From Malacoraja senta (taxonomy: Eukaryota), in the NCBI GenBank assembly GCA_038087875.1, contig JAXLNO010000686.1, positions 1-64,000 on the forward strand: 64,000 nucleotides of DNA, given 5' to 3'. Both the position numbers and the translations under genes were made by a program. Position 1 is the stretch's first letter. Every line of letters begins with the position of its first letter. The notes beneath the pieces were generated by a model. It saw only the letters and a program-made list of their open reading frames with translations. It did not search any database and was not told the DNA's origin. Shown piece by piece: positions 12,352 to 24,960 of the stretch.

Positions 12352-13165
12352 AAAGGTTGCACGGCAGTCGGGTCACGACCCATGACCCATACTGTTACCA
12401 CGCTACGCCAACTGGAGTACATGCGATGAACTTCAAGTAAACACTTACCATTGTTTCCAGCGTAGCGGGCCCGTTAAAAACCGGCACAATGGTCAATGTT
12501 TGCGCTGTAAATAATTATGGAAATCGGGATAAGCGTGAGAGACATTTATCTTACTTCAGAATTCCAAAAGTGAGGAGAAATGAGGGTAGATAGAAGCGAG
12601 AGCTGAAGGGACAACAGTAGCTAAAGTGATTGGCGGACATTGACCGTGCAGATATCAAGATTGAAAATATTGGGAATTATCGCATTTGCTCACTGCATTT
12701 CATCAACAGTAAGGCATTATTTGTGTTTTTTCTTGATAAATTTAGCTTCAGAAACGTTTTCTTTTTGCATGTAAATACCCACTTCAGAACCATGGGTGAT
12801 TTTAAAATTTTACAGCCAGATTTATCACTTCTGAAACTTTTTAGATACCAAATGAATAAAGAAAAACATACATAATGCCTTACTGTTGATGAAATGCAGT
12901 GAGCAAACGCGATAATTTCCAATATATTCCAATTTGATATCTGCACGGCCAATGTTCACCAAGCACTTTAGCTGTTGTTGTCCCTTCAGCTCTCGCTTCT
13001 CTTTACCTTCATTTCTCTTCACTTTTGGAATTCTGAAGTAGGATAGATGTCTCTCACGGTTACCCCGACTTCCACAATTTTTACAGCGCAAAAATTCACC
13101 ATTTTGGCGGTTTTTAACAGGTAGGAAAGTACACGTTTCATGTATTAACAACATATACCGGAAGC
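12352..13165. mobile_element. THAP-domain fold-back MITE (ISL2EU/PIF-Harbinger-related), left copy
   Basis: Two inverted degenerate THAP-like frames (CKNCGS...FRIPK...RVCSLHF) at about 12490-12720 (+) and 12870-13110 (-). Confidence 0.7.
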
Positions 13166-13176
13166 TGCGATGTCCT

Positions 13177-13378
13177 CACAAAACTCTGAACATTAATAGC
13201 TCATTGCACATTATCTGCTTATTTATGTGTGTAAATATATATTCTATGGTTTATGGACACAATGATCTGTTCTGTATTTATTTATGCCGACTATACTCTG
13301 TTGTGCTGAAGCAAAGCAAGAATTTCATTGTCCTAACTGGGACACATGACAATAAACTATCTTGAATCTTGAATCTTA
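13177..13378 (+). mobile_element. Rex1/Babar LINE 3' UTR
   Basis: Matches 35950-36157; ends ATGACAATAAAC...(TTGAATC)n. Confidence 0.8.
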
Positions 13379-13574
13379 AATCGCTTTGTAATAATCGAGC
13401 AGAACCCCTCAAATGTTAAATGCAACAAATGCATCGCATTGGAATAACTTTGCATCCTCCCGCAATGTTAAATGCAGCAAATGCGTTGCATCAAAGTAAT
13501 ATTGCAACCCCCTGAGGTGAAATGCATCAAATTCATTGCAATAATCTTGCAACAGCCTTCAAATGTGAAATCCA

Positions 13575-13745
13575 ACGGTGACGTCATAGAGGGGGCGGCG
13601 GGGGCGGGGGCGGGACATCCGGCCCTCTGACTGATCGGACATCCCCATTGGCGGAAAGAGACGTCGCTCACCCGGGAGATGGGGCGGGACTTGCAGATGG
13701 CCGGAAGCAGCGGGTGATTGGAGGAGAGGGACGTCAGTCAGAGGG
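13575..13745 (-). promoter_or_regulatory. Pol II promoter-like motif cluster, left copy
   Basis: TGACGTCA 13579-13586; GC boxes 13591-13616 and 13681-13690; ATTGG at 13647 and 13717; CCGGAAG 13701-13707; GACGTCA 13730-13736. Confidence 0.55.
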
Positions 13746-13761
13746 AGGGAGAAGGAACCCC

Positions 13762-14052
13762 AATTGGAGGAAATGCACCTCATATTCCGCTTGGGTAGTC
13801 TGCATCCTGGGGGCATGAACATTGATATCTTCCAATTTGGCTAGCCCTTGCTGTCTCCTCCCCTTCCTCAGCCCTCGGGCTCCTCCTCTGCCCTTTTCCT
13901 TTCTTCACCCCAGCCCCCATCAGTCTGAAGAAGGGTTTCGGCCCGAAACGTTGCCTATTTCCTTCGCTCCATAGATGCTGCTGCACCCGCTGAGTTTCTC
14001 CAGCATTTTTGTGTACCTTCGATTTTCCAGCATCTGCAGTTCCTTCTTTAAC
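13762..14052 (+). mobile_element. Penelope-like element 3' end (GIY-YIG C-terminus plus pLTR)
   Basis: LEEMHLIFRLGSLHPGGMNI, then pLTR with CTGAAGAAGGGTTTCGGCCCGAAACG; matches 37520-37770. Confidence 0.85.
13921..13955 (+). ncRNA. Minimal type-I hammerhead ribozyme motif in Penelope pLTR
   Basis: CUGAAGA (13925-13931), stem II GGG-UUUCGG-CCC, then GAAAC-GUU; stem I only about 2 bp. Confidence 0.55.
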
Positions 14053-14180
14053 ACCTTGTCTCTCTCTGGTCCGCGTTGCAGACAGGAGAGAGAGAGAGGG
14101 AGAAGGAGAGAGAGAGAGAGGGAGAGATGGAGGAGTGGGCTGGGGGAGGGAAGGAGAAATTGAGGGAGAAATGAAGAATT

Positions 14181-15372
14181 CATAGAATCATAGAATCATA
14201 GAAAGTAGGTGCGAGAGCAGACCACCAGGCCCATCGAGCCCGCACCGCCATTCGCTCATGGCTGAACACCAAACAAACAAACACCCCCACCCACAAACAG
14301 TAGACACAAGACACAGAACACAAGACACTACCCTCCCCTTTATACCGCTATCACCCCTCTCCACCCCAAGAACCGAGCGATCTCCTGGGGGAGGCAAAAA
14401 AACGGATAAAAACCCAGGTCCAATTCGGGAAAAAAATCCGGGAAATTCCTCTCCGACCCCAATCCAGGCGATCGACACTTGTCCAGGAGATCACTCAGGT
14501 CTTACTATACTAACCCTACCTAGGTCCATATCCCTGCCCTCTCCCCGTAGCCCCTTATCCCCTTGGCAGCTAAAAAACCATCTATTTTAGACTTAAATAT
14601 ATTTAATGTTTCTGCTTCCACTGCTCCCTGGGGCAGTGAATTCCTTAAATTAACCACCCTCTGGGTGAAGAAGTTCTTCCTCATCTCAGTTTTAAAAGAG
14701 CCCCCCCTTATTCTACAACTATGTCCCCTAGTTCTAGTTTCCCCGATCATTGGGAACATCCTCGGTGCATCCACCCGATCAAGGCCCCTCACGATCTTAT
14801 ATGTTTCAATGAGATCGCCTCTCATTCTTCTAAACTCCAAAGAGTAGAGTTCCAGCCTACTTAACCTTTCCTCATATGTCAATCCCCTCATTGCAGGAAT
14901 TAATCTTGTAAACCTTCGCTGCACTGCCTCCAGGGCCAGTACATCCTTTCTTAAGTATGGACCCCAGAACTGTACACAGTATTCCAAATGTGGTCTCACT
15001 AATACTGTGTACAGCTGCAGCAAGACCTCCGTGTTTTTATACTCAATCCCCCTAGCAATAAAGGCCAAAACTCCATTGGCCTTCCTGATAGCTTGCTGCA
15101 CCTGCATACTAACTTTTAGTGATTCATGTACTACTACCCCTAGATCCCTTTGCGTTGCATTACAGCGCAGCTCCTCCTCATTTAGAAAATAACTTTGCCC
15201 TATCATTTTTTTTCCCAAAGTGAATGACTTCACATTTATTAGTATTAAATTTCATCTGCCAAGTTGTTGCCCACTCACCTAGCTTATCTATATCCTTTTG
15301 CAGACTCTTCCTATCCTCCTCATCCCTACTTTTCTTCCCATTTTTGCATCGTCTGCAAATTTTGATATATAA
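14181..15372 (-). mobile_element. CR1 LINE (third family), 3' 1.2 kb with long 3' UTR
   Basis: ORF 15233-14520 and YISKFADDAK just upstream; (TATGATTC)n tail. Confidence 0.92.
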
Positions 15373-16245
15373 TTGAGAGAAAAATGAAGAATTGAGTGAA
15401 AGAGAGGGGGAAGGTGGAAGAGAGGGAAGGAGAGATGGAGGGAGAGACAGAGAGAGAGAGAGAGAAAGGAGAGGGAGAGAGGAGAGGAGAGGAGGGAGAG
15501 AGGGGGAGAGAGAGGGAGAGAGAGAAAGGAGAGAGAGAGAGAGGGAAAGATAGGGGGGAGATAGAAAGAGGGAGAAGGAAACATAGAGGGCAGGGGAGGA
15601 GAGGAGAGGAGAGGAGAGGGGAAGGGAGAGAGATGGAGGGGAGAGAGGAGAGACAGAGAGAAAGATGGGAGGGAGATAGAGGGAGGGGAAGAGAGAGAGG
15701 GAGAGAGGGAGGAGTGAGGGCTGCGGGCGGAGGGAGGAGGGGGAGGTGGGGGAACGAAGGGAGGGAAAGAGAAATTTGTAAAAATGAGCATTTGAGTGAA
15801 AGAGGGGGAAGGTGGGAGGGAGGGAAGGGCGCCAGGAAGAATCTCTCTCCTCCTCTTGCTCTGGATGAGATCACTTTCGGAGCAGATTTGCAAGTTTGTT
15901 CCCCGCCTCTTCCGGAAGGGTCTCGGCCCGAACGTTGCCATTTCCTTCGCTCCATAGATGCTGCCTCACCCACTGAGTTTCTCCAGCATTTGTGTCTCCA
16001 CCTATTAAACTCAATCGTTAGTTAACTTCAGTGGTGGCGTTTGTGTGTGGGAGTGGAGGGCGTGTGTGTGTGTGGGTACACAATACTCCAGGTGTGGTCT
16101 CACCAGGGCCCTGTACAACTGCAGAAGGACCTCTTTGCTGCAAGACTCAACTCTTCTCCAGTTTCTTTAGTGTCCTTTCCAAATAAAATGAAAACATCTT
16201 TTACACTTTGAGGACAACTCGATGTTTGAAATATGTTTTTCAACC

Positions 16246-16645
16246 AGTTTAGTTTGGAGATACAGCACGGAAACAGGCCCTTCGGCCCAGCGAGTCCGTG
16301 CCGCCCAGCGATCCCCGCACACTAACACTATCCTACACACACACTAGTTTAGTTTGGAGATACAGCACAGAAACAGGCCCTTCGGCCCACCGAGTCCGTG
16401 CCGCCCAGCGATCCCCGCACACTAACACTATCCTACACACACACTAGGGGACAATTTACAATCTTTACCAGAAGCCAATTAACCTACAAACCCGCACATC
16501 TTTGGAGTGTGGTTGGAGTCCGGAGAAATCCCACAGGTCACGGGGAGAGAACGTGCAAACTCCGCACAGACAGCACCCGTGGTCAGGATCGAACCGGGGT
16601 CTCTGGCGCCGTGAGGCGGCAACTCTACCGCTGCGCCATCGTGAC
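16246..16645 (-). mobile_element. HE1-type tRNA-derived SINE with tandemly duplicated 3' part
   Basis: Minus strand starts CACGATGGCGCAGCGGTAGAGTTGCC...GGTTCGATCC and has a CR1-like tail GGGCCGAAGGGCCTGTTTC...CAAACTAAACT; 16247-16345 is repeated at 16346-16445. Confidence 0.88.
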
Positions 16646-16927
16646 GACAGAGAGGGAGGGGGAGGTGAATACTTCTTTCTCCTCTCTGCCTCTCACTCTC
16701 CCTCCTCTCTTTCCCCCTCTCTCTCTCTCTCTCTCTCTCCCCCCTCTCTCTCTCCCCCACTCTCTCCCCCTCTCTCTGTCTCTCTCTCCCCCTGTCTGCT
16801 CTCTCTCTCTTCCTCTCTCTCTCCCCCTCTCTCTCCCTCTCACTGCCTCTCTCTCTCTCTGCCTCTCTCTCTCTCTCTCTGCCTCTCTCTCTCTCTCTCT
16901 GCCTCTCTCTCTCTCTCTCCCTCCATC

Positions 16928-17385
16928 CCTAGTGAGACCACACCTGGAGTATTGTGTGCAGTTTTGCAGAGTTGTGAATCTGTGGCCATTTGGGACTGAG
17001 GTGAGGAGAAACTTTTCACCCAGAGAGTGGTGAGTCTGGGATTCTCTGCCTCAGAGGGCGGTGGAGGCGGGTTCTCTGGATACTTTCAAGAGAGAGCTAG
17101 ATAGGGCTCTTAAAGATAGCGGAGTCAGGGGATATGGGGAGAAGGCAGGAACGGGGTACTGATTGTGGATGATCAGCCATGATCACAGTGAATGGCGGTG
17201 CTGGCTCGAAGGGCCGAAGGGCCTCCAAGAGAGAGCTAGATAGGGCTCTTAAAGATAGCGGAGTCAGGGGATATGGGGAGAAGGCAGGAACGGGGTACTG
17301 ATTGTGGATGATCAGCCATGATCACAGTGAATGGCGGTGCTGGCTCGAAGGGCCGAAGGGCCTCCTGCACCTGTTGTCTATTGTC
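16928..17385 (+). mobile_element. Rearranged CR1 3' fragment with a tandem duplication of about 138 bp at its end
   Basis: CAAGAGAGAGCTAGATAGGGCTC...GGGCCGAAGGGCCTCC occurs twice. Confidence 0.85.
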
Positions 17386-17466
17386 CAGTGAAGGTGATTT
17401 GACTCTGTTGCTGGTAGACAAAAATGCTGGAGAAACTCAGCGTGTGAGGCAGCATCTATGGAGCGA

Positions 17467-17467
<1 letters not shown>

Positions 17468-17561
<94 letters not shown>

Positions 17562-17718
17562 GGAGAGAGGGAGAGAGGGCGAGGGAGAGAGGGAGAGAGG
17601 GAGAGAGGGAGAGAGGGAGAGAGGGAGAGAGGGAGAGAGGGAGAGAGGGAGAGAGGGAGAGAGGGAGAGAGAGAGAGAGAGAGACAGAGAGAGAGACAGA
17701 CAGAGACAGACAGACAGA
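17468..17718. repeat. (GA)n / (GAGAGAGG)n microsatellite
   Basis: Direct inspection. Confidence 0.97.
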
Positions 17719-19114
17719 CCGTACAAAGCTTTCAACAAGGGGGGTGGCATGACAGGATTACAACAAATCTAATGTGAAATAATGTGCGCGCTGCGTACAC
17801 CACGAGCGCGAAGCGTGAAGTCCCTCGATGCCGGAGTCCAGGGCCCGCTTAAGGGCACTGGAAGCTCAGGGGTTTTAGATGCTCTCTGGTGCATTCCGAG
17901 CCTTATTTTGGAGCATTTTTGCACCAAATGTATGACCAATATTTCAGAAATTAACAGGAATCTGAGAGGTAGCTTCTTCACACAGAGGGTGGTGGGTGTA
18001 TGGAACGAGCTGCAAGAGGAGGTAGTTAAGGCTGGGACTATCCTAATGTTTAAGAGACATTTGGACACGTACATGGATAGGACAGATTTAGATGGATATG
18101 GGCCAAACGCGTGTGAGTGGGACTAGTTTAGATGGGACATGTTGGTCGGTGTGGGCAAGTTGGGCCGAAGGGCCTGTTTCCACACTGCATCATTCTGTGA
18201 CTAAAACGTTAAGAAATGCATGTAGATAAGTAGAGCAGATTTGAAAGAGGCGTGAAATGTAAAGGCAGAGTTTATGGGTGGAAAGGAACATAGGAAAGGA
18301 GGGGGGAGAATGGGCTTGGGCAGATGGGTGAAGGGAAAATAGACACAAAGTGCTGGAGTAACTCAGTGGGTCAGGCAGCATCTGTGGAGAACATGGATAG
18401 GTGACATTTCACAGAGTGCTGGAGTAACTCAGTGAGTCAGGCAGCATCTCTGGAGAAAAGGTATAGATTATATTTTGGGTCAAGACCCTTCTTCAGTAAT
18501 ATTCATGATATGACATGCATAGACATTCCTGAATGTTACCCAAACCATCGTGAGCTACTTTGTTACGGTGCTTGCCCTCTCCTATAACGTCTCTGCTGCC
18601 TTGGGTGATGCAGGACAGGACACAAGCTTTGGGACACGGTGTGAAGCTGTTGCCGTCTGTCCCAGCCTGGTAAAAACCTGGATGGAGTGGATGTGGAGAG
18701 GATGTTTCCACTAGTGGGAGAGTCCAGGACCAGTGGCCACAGCCTCAGATTTAAAATACATTCCTTTAGGAAGGAGATGAGCAGGAATTTCTTAAGTCAG
18801 AGGGTGGTGAACTGTGGAATTCATTGTGGAGGTCAAGTCAATGGACATTTTTCAGGAGGACATTGATAGATTCCTGATTGATACAGGTGTCAGAGGAGAA
18901 TGGGTTTGAGAGGGAAAGATAGATAGAGTCATAGAGTGATACAATGTAGAAACAGGCCCTTCGGCCCAGCATGTCCCTTCTACACTAGTCCCACCTGCCC
19001 ACGTTTGATCCATATCCCTCCGAACCTGTCCTATCCATGTACCTGTTTAACTGTTTCTTAAATTTTTCAATAGTCCCTGCTTCAACCTACCTCCTCTGGC
19101 AGCTTGTTCCATTG

Positions 19115-21258
19115 TGACGTGAATTGGCCAAGATTGACTGGCAATTAGTTCTAAAAGGGTTGACGTGGATATGCAATGGAATGCATTTAAAGACTGCATG
19201 GATGAACTACAAAAATGTTCATCCCAGTTTGGCAAAAGAATAAATCAGGGAAGGTAGTGCATCCGTGGATAACAAGGGAAATCAGGGATAGTATCAAAGC
19301 AAAAGATGATGCGTACAAATTAGCCAGAAAAAGCAGCATACCAGAGGACTGGGAGAAATTTAGAGACCAGCAGAGGAGGACAAAGGGCTTAATTAGGAAA
19401 GGGAAAATAGATTATGAAAGGAAACTGGCAGGGAACATAAAAACTGACTGTAAAAGTTTTTATAGATATGTGAAGAGAAAGAGATTAGTTAAAACAAATG
19501 TAGGTCCCTTGCAGTCAGAAACAGGTGGAATTGATCATGGGGAACAAGGATATGGCGGACCAATTGAATAACTACTTTGGTTCCGTCTTCACTAAGGAAG
19601 ACATAAATAATCTGCCGGAAATAGCAGGGGGCCGCGGGTCAAAGGAGAGTAGAGGAACTGAGTGAAATCCAGGTTAGTCGGGAAGTGGTGTTGGGTAAAT
19701 TGAATGGATTAAAGGCCGATAAATCACCAGGGCCAGATAGGCTGCATCCCAGAGTACTTAAGGAAGTAGCTCCAGAAATAGTGGATGCATTAGTGATAAT
19801 TTTTCAAAACTCTTTAGATTCTGGAGTAGTTCCTGAGGATTGGAGGGTAGCAAACGTAACCCGTCTTTTTAAGAAGGGAGGGAGAGAGAAAATGGGGATT
19901 ACAGACCAGTTAGTATAATATCGATAGTGGGGAAACTGCTAGAGTCAGTTATTAAAGATGGGATAGCAGCACATTTGGAAAGTGGTGAAATCATTGGACA
20001 AAGTCAGCATGGATTTACGAAAGGTAAATCGTGTCTGACGAATCTTATAGAATTTTTCGAGGATGTAACTAGTAGAGTGGATAGGGCAGAATCAGTGGAT
20101 GTGTTGTATCTGGACTTTCAGAAGGCTTTCGACAAGGTACCACATAAGAGATTAGGATACAAACTTAAATCACACGGTATTGGGGGTTCAGTATTGATGT
20201 GGATAGAGAACTGGCTGGCAAACAGGAAGCAAAGAGTAGGAGTAAACGGGTCCTTTTCACAATGGCAGGCAGTGACTAGTGGGGTACCGCAAGGCTCAGT
20301 GCTGGGACCCCAGCTATTTACAATTTATATTAATGATCTGGACGAGGGAATTGAAAGCAACATCTCAATTCTAGAGGATGCTAGGAGACTGCAAGGTGAC
20401 TTGGATAGGCTGGGTGAGTGGGCAAATGTTTGGCAGATGCAGTATAATGTGGATAAATGTGAGGTTATCCACTTTGGTGGCAAAAATGGGAAGGCAGACT
20501 ATTATCTAAATGGTGGCCGATTAGGAAATGGGGAGATGCAGCGAGACCTGGGTGTCATGGTACACCAGTCATTGAAAGTAGGCATGCAGGTGCAGCAGGC
20601 AGTGAAGAAAGCGTATGGTATGTTGGCCTTCATAGCAAGAGGATTTGAGTATAGGAGCAGGGAGTTCTACTGCAGTTGTACAGGGTCTTGGTGAGACCAC
20701 ACCTGGAGTATTGCGTACAGTTTGGTCTCCAAATCTGAGGACGGACATTATAGCCATAGAGGGAGTGGCAGAGAAGGTTCACCAGACTGATTCCTTGGAT
20801 GTCAGGACTTTCATATGAAGAAAGACTGGATAGACTTGGCTTATACTCGCTAGACTTTAGGAGATTGAGAGGGATCTTATAGAAACGTACAAAATTCTTA
20901 TGGGGTTGGACAGGCTAGATGCAGGAAGATTGTTCCCGATGTTGGGGAAGTCCAGGACAAGGGGTCACAGCTTAAGGATAAGGGGGAAATCCTTTAAGAT
21001 CGAGATGAGGAAAAACTTTTTCACACAGAGAGTGGTGAATCTCTGGAACTCTCTGCCACAGAGGGTAGTTGAGGCCAGTTCATTGGGCTATATTAAGAGG
21101 GAGTTAGATGTGGCCCTTGTGGCTAAGGGGATCAGGGGGTATGGAGAGAAGGCAGGTACGGGATACTGAGTTGGATGATCAGCCATGATCATATTGAATG
21201 GCGGTGCAGGCTCGAAGGGCCGAATGGCCTACTCCTGCACCTATTTTCTATGTATCTA
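19115..21258 (+). mobile_element. CR1 family A, 5'-truncated, frameshifted
   Basis: ORF pieces 19215-21169 are near-identical to 42545-45634; a deletion removes the FADD motif region. Confidence 0.95.
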
Positions 21259-22407
21259 TTCACTGACCACCCTTTGTGTGAAAAATATACCCCTCAGATT
21301 CCTATTAAATCTTTTGCCCTTCACCGTAAACTTATGTCCTCTGCTCCTCGATTCTCCTACTCTGGGCAAAAGACAACCATATCTATCAAATCATGATTTT
21401 ATACAGCTCTATTAGATCATCCCTCATCCTCCTGTGCTCCATGAAATAGAGTCCCGGCCTACTCAACCTCTCCCTATAGCTCTGGCCTCTAGTCCTGGCA
21501 ACATCCTCGTAAATCTTCTCTGTACCCTTTCCAGTTTGATGACATATTTCCTAATAACATGGCGCCCAGAACTGAATACAATACTCTGAATGCGGCCTCA
21601 CCAACTTCTTATGCAACTGCAATATGACCTCCCAACTTCTATACTCAGCCTGACCCGCTGAGTTACTCCAGCACTCTGTGAAACATCACAAAACAGGGCA
21701 AGATTGGCTAGTTTGCTGATGATACAGAAGTGAGTGGTTTTGCAGATAGTGAAGATGGTTGTGAAAGATTGCAGCAGGATCTGGATCAATTAGCCAGGTG
21801 GGCAGAGGAATGGTTGATGGTTGCATGGTTCCTTGAAGGCACTGTCTGAAGAAGGGTCCACCCATGTCACCCATTTCTTCTCTCCAGAGATGCTGCCCGA
21901 CCCGCTGATTAACTCCAGCATTTTGTGTCTATCTTGCCCATATTGTGTTATCCAGCATCTGCAGTTCTTATCACTCTCTCTCTCTCTCTGTCACTCTCTC
22001 TGTATTTCTCTCTCTGTCTCTCTCTCCCTCATTCTCTCCTCTTTGTCCCTTTCTCTCCCTCCCTCTCTCTCTCTGTATTGAGTCTAGAAGTTTGGGAGGT
22101 CACGTTGCAGTTGTACAAGACGTTGGTGAGGCTGCATTTAGAGTATTGCGTTCAGTTCTGGGCACCGTGTTACAGGAAAGATGTCGCTGAGCTTGGAAAG
22201 GGCGCGGAGAAGATTTACGAGGATGTTGCTGGGACTCGAGGGGCCAGACCTACAGGGAGAGGTTGGGGAAGGCTGGGACTCTATTCCATTGGAGCGCAGG
22301 AGGATGAGGGGTGATTTTATTGAGGGGTACAAAATCACCAGGGGAAATAGATCGGGGAGACGCACAAAGTCTCTTGCCCAGAGTAGGGGAATCGAGGACC
22401 AGAGGAC

Positions 22408-23523
<1,116 letters not shown>

Positions 23524-24799
23524 CTAGAGGGGATTTGGCGAACGTAGACCCGATTCAGACAATGCCAACTGCGGGGCTGGAAGGGGGGGAATGGGTCGAA
23601 GGGCCTGTTTTGTCCGCTCTGGGCTCCCCACATCCACGCCGTTGTCCCGCAAGGTCGGCTTGTTGAGTTTGGGGGGGGGTTGGGGCAAATGGTTTGGAAA
23701 TGAGACAGAAATCGGCCTGAAGGGTTATATTAAGTGTGAATATAGGGTGAATTATAAAATGCGGGTATCGGCCTGCAAGCGCCTGTGCATGCTCCCCCTG
23801 CTGCATTAAAGGGAATGCATGCATGGTTGGCTGCATTGCTGTCGCTGCCGCTGCATGGCAGCGCTTTTATCCTTCACTGCTTGGGTGGCGAAACTCTTGT
23901 CCACAAAGGCGCTTCCGGAGGGATGGGGGACGCTTTAGAGAGGCGCACCGGCGCTGGCAAAGCGGGACGGCGGGTCTCAGGCGTCCGGGTGGAGGGCGAA
24001 ACGCCGCAGTTTTGGTTCCTATGTGTTTTGTTTTTTGGGGGCATTCAGGGTGGGATGGAGAGGAAAAAGGAGGGGGAGAGGATGAAGAGATGGAGAGAGG
24101 GAAAGAGGGAGGGAGAGAGGGAAGGAGAGGGTGTGAGAGAAAGTTTGGGATATTGAGAACCTTTTGAGAAAATTTTGAGGATGTTTTGGAGAGATTGAGA
24201 GAGAGAGAGAGATAGAGAGAGACAGAGAGGGAGAGACAGAGAGAGAGAGAGAGAGAGGGGGAGGAAGAGAGAGAGGGGACAGGGAGAGAGAGAGAGGAGG
24301 GGAGGAGGAGAAAGAGAGAACGTATGGGAGAGATTTGAGAAAGTTTTGAGAGTTTGAGGAAGTTTTGAAGAGATTGAGAGGGAGAGAAGGAGGGAGAGGG
24401 GGAAGTAGTGGGAGAAAGTTTGAGAGAGTTTTGATAAACTTTTGAAATTTTTGGTGTGGAAGTTTTGGAGAGATTGAGAGAGAGAGGGGGGAGGGAATGT
24501 GAGAGAGTCTGGGAGAGTTGGAAATATTTGAGAACGTTGTGAGATAGTTTTGGAGAGAGAGAGAGAGAGAGAGGGAGAGGGAAAGATAGAGAGGAGAGGG
24601 GAGAGAGGGTGGAGTTTAAAGGAATTGAGTCTTCACTTTCGGAGCAGATTTGCAAGTTTGTCCCCAGCATCTGAAGAATAGGTAACGTTTCGGAAGGTGG
24701 GATAGAGTGAAGAAGGGTTTCGGCCTGAAACGTTACCTATTTCCCTCGCTCCATAGATGCTGCTGCACCCGCTGAGTTTCTCCAGCATTTTTGTGTACA

Positions 24800-24960
24800 C
24801 TCCAAAGATGTGCGGGTTTGTAGGTTAATTGGCTTCTGGTAAAGATTGTAAATTGTCCCCTAGTGTGTGTGTAGGATAGTGTTAGTGTGAGGGGATCGCT
24901 GGGCGGCACGGACTCGCTGGGCCGAAGGGCCTGTTTCCGTGCTGTATCTCCAAACTAAAC
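24800..24960 (+). mobile_element. HE1-type SINE, 3' half
   Basis: Reverse complement of 16246-16505, without the tandem duplication. Confidence 0.85.

Noticed and set aside
16560..16645. tRNA-like A/B boxes (also near 3080-3135 and 33065-33105)
   Set aside because: They are SINE heads continuous with SINE body and LINE-derived tail, not tRNA genes.
18538..18665. Possible minus-strand exon (AGTDGNSFTPCPKACVLSC...)
   Set aside because: Splice signals are weak, there is no recognisable homology and no partner exons.
23545..23566. ACCCGATTCAGAC resembling the 3' conserved region of RNase P RNA
   Set aside because: The upstream sequence is CT microsatellite, and no other conserved RNase P regions are present.
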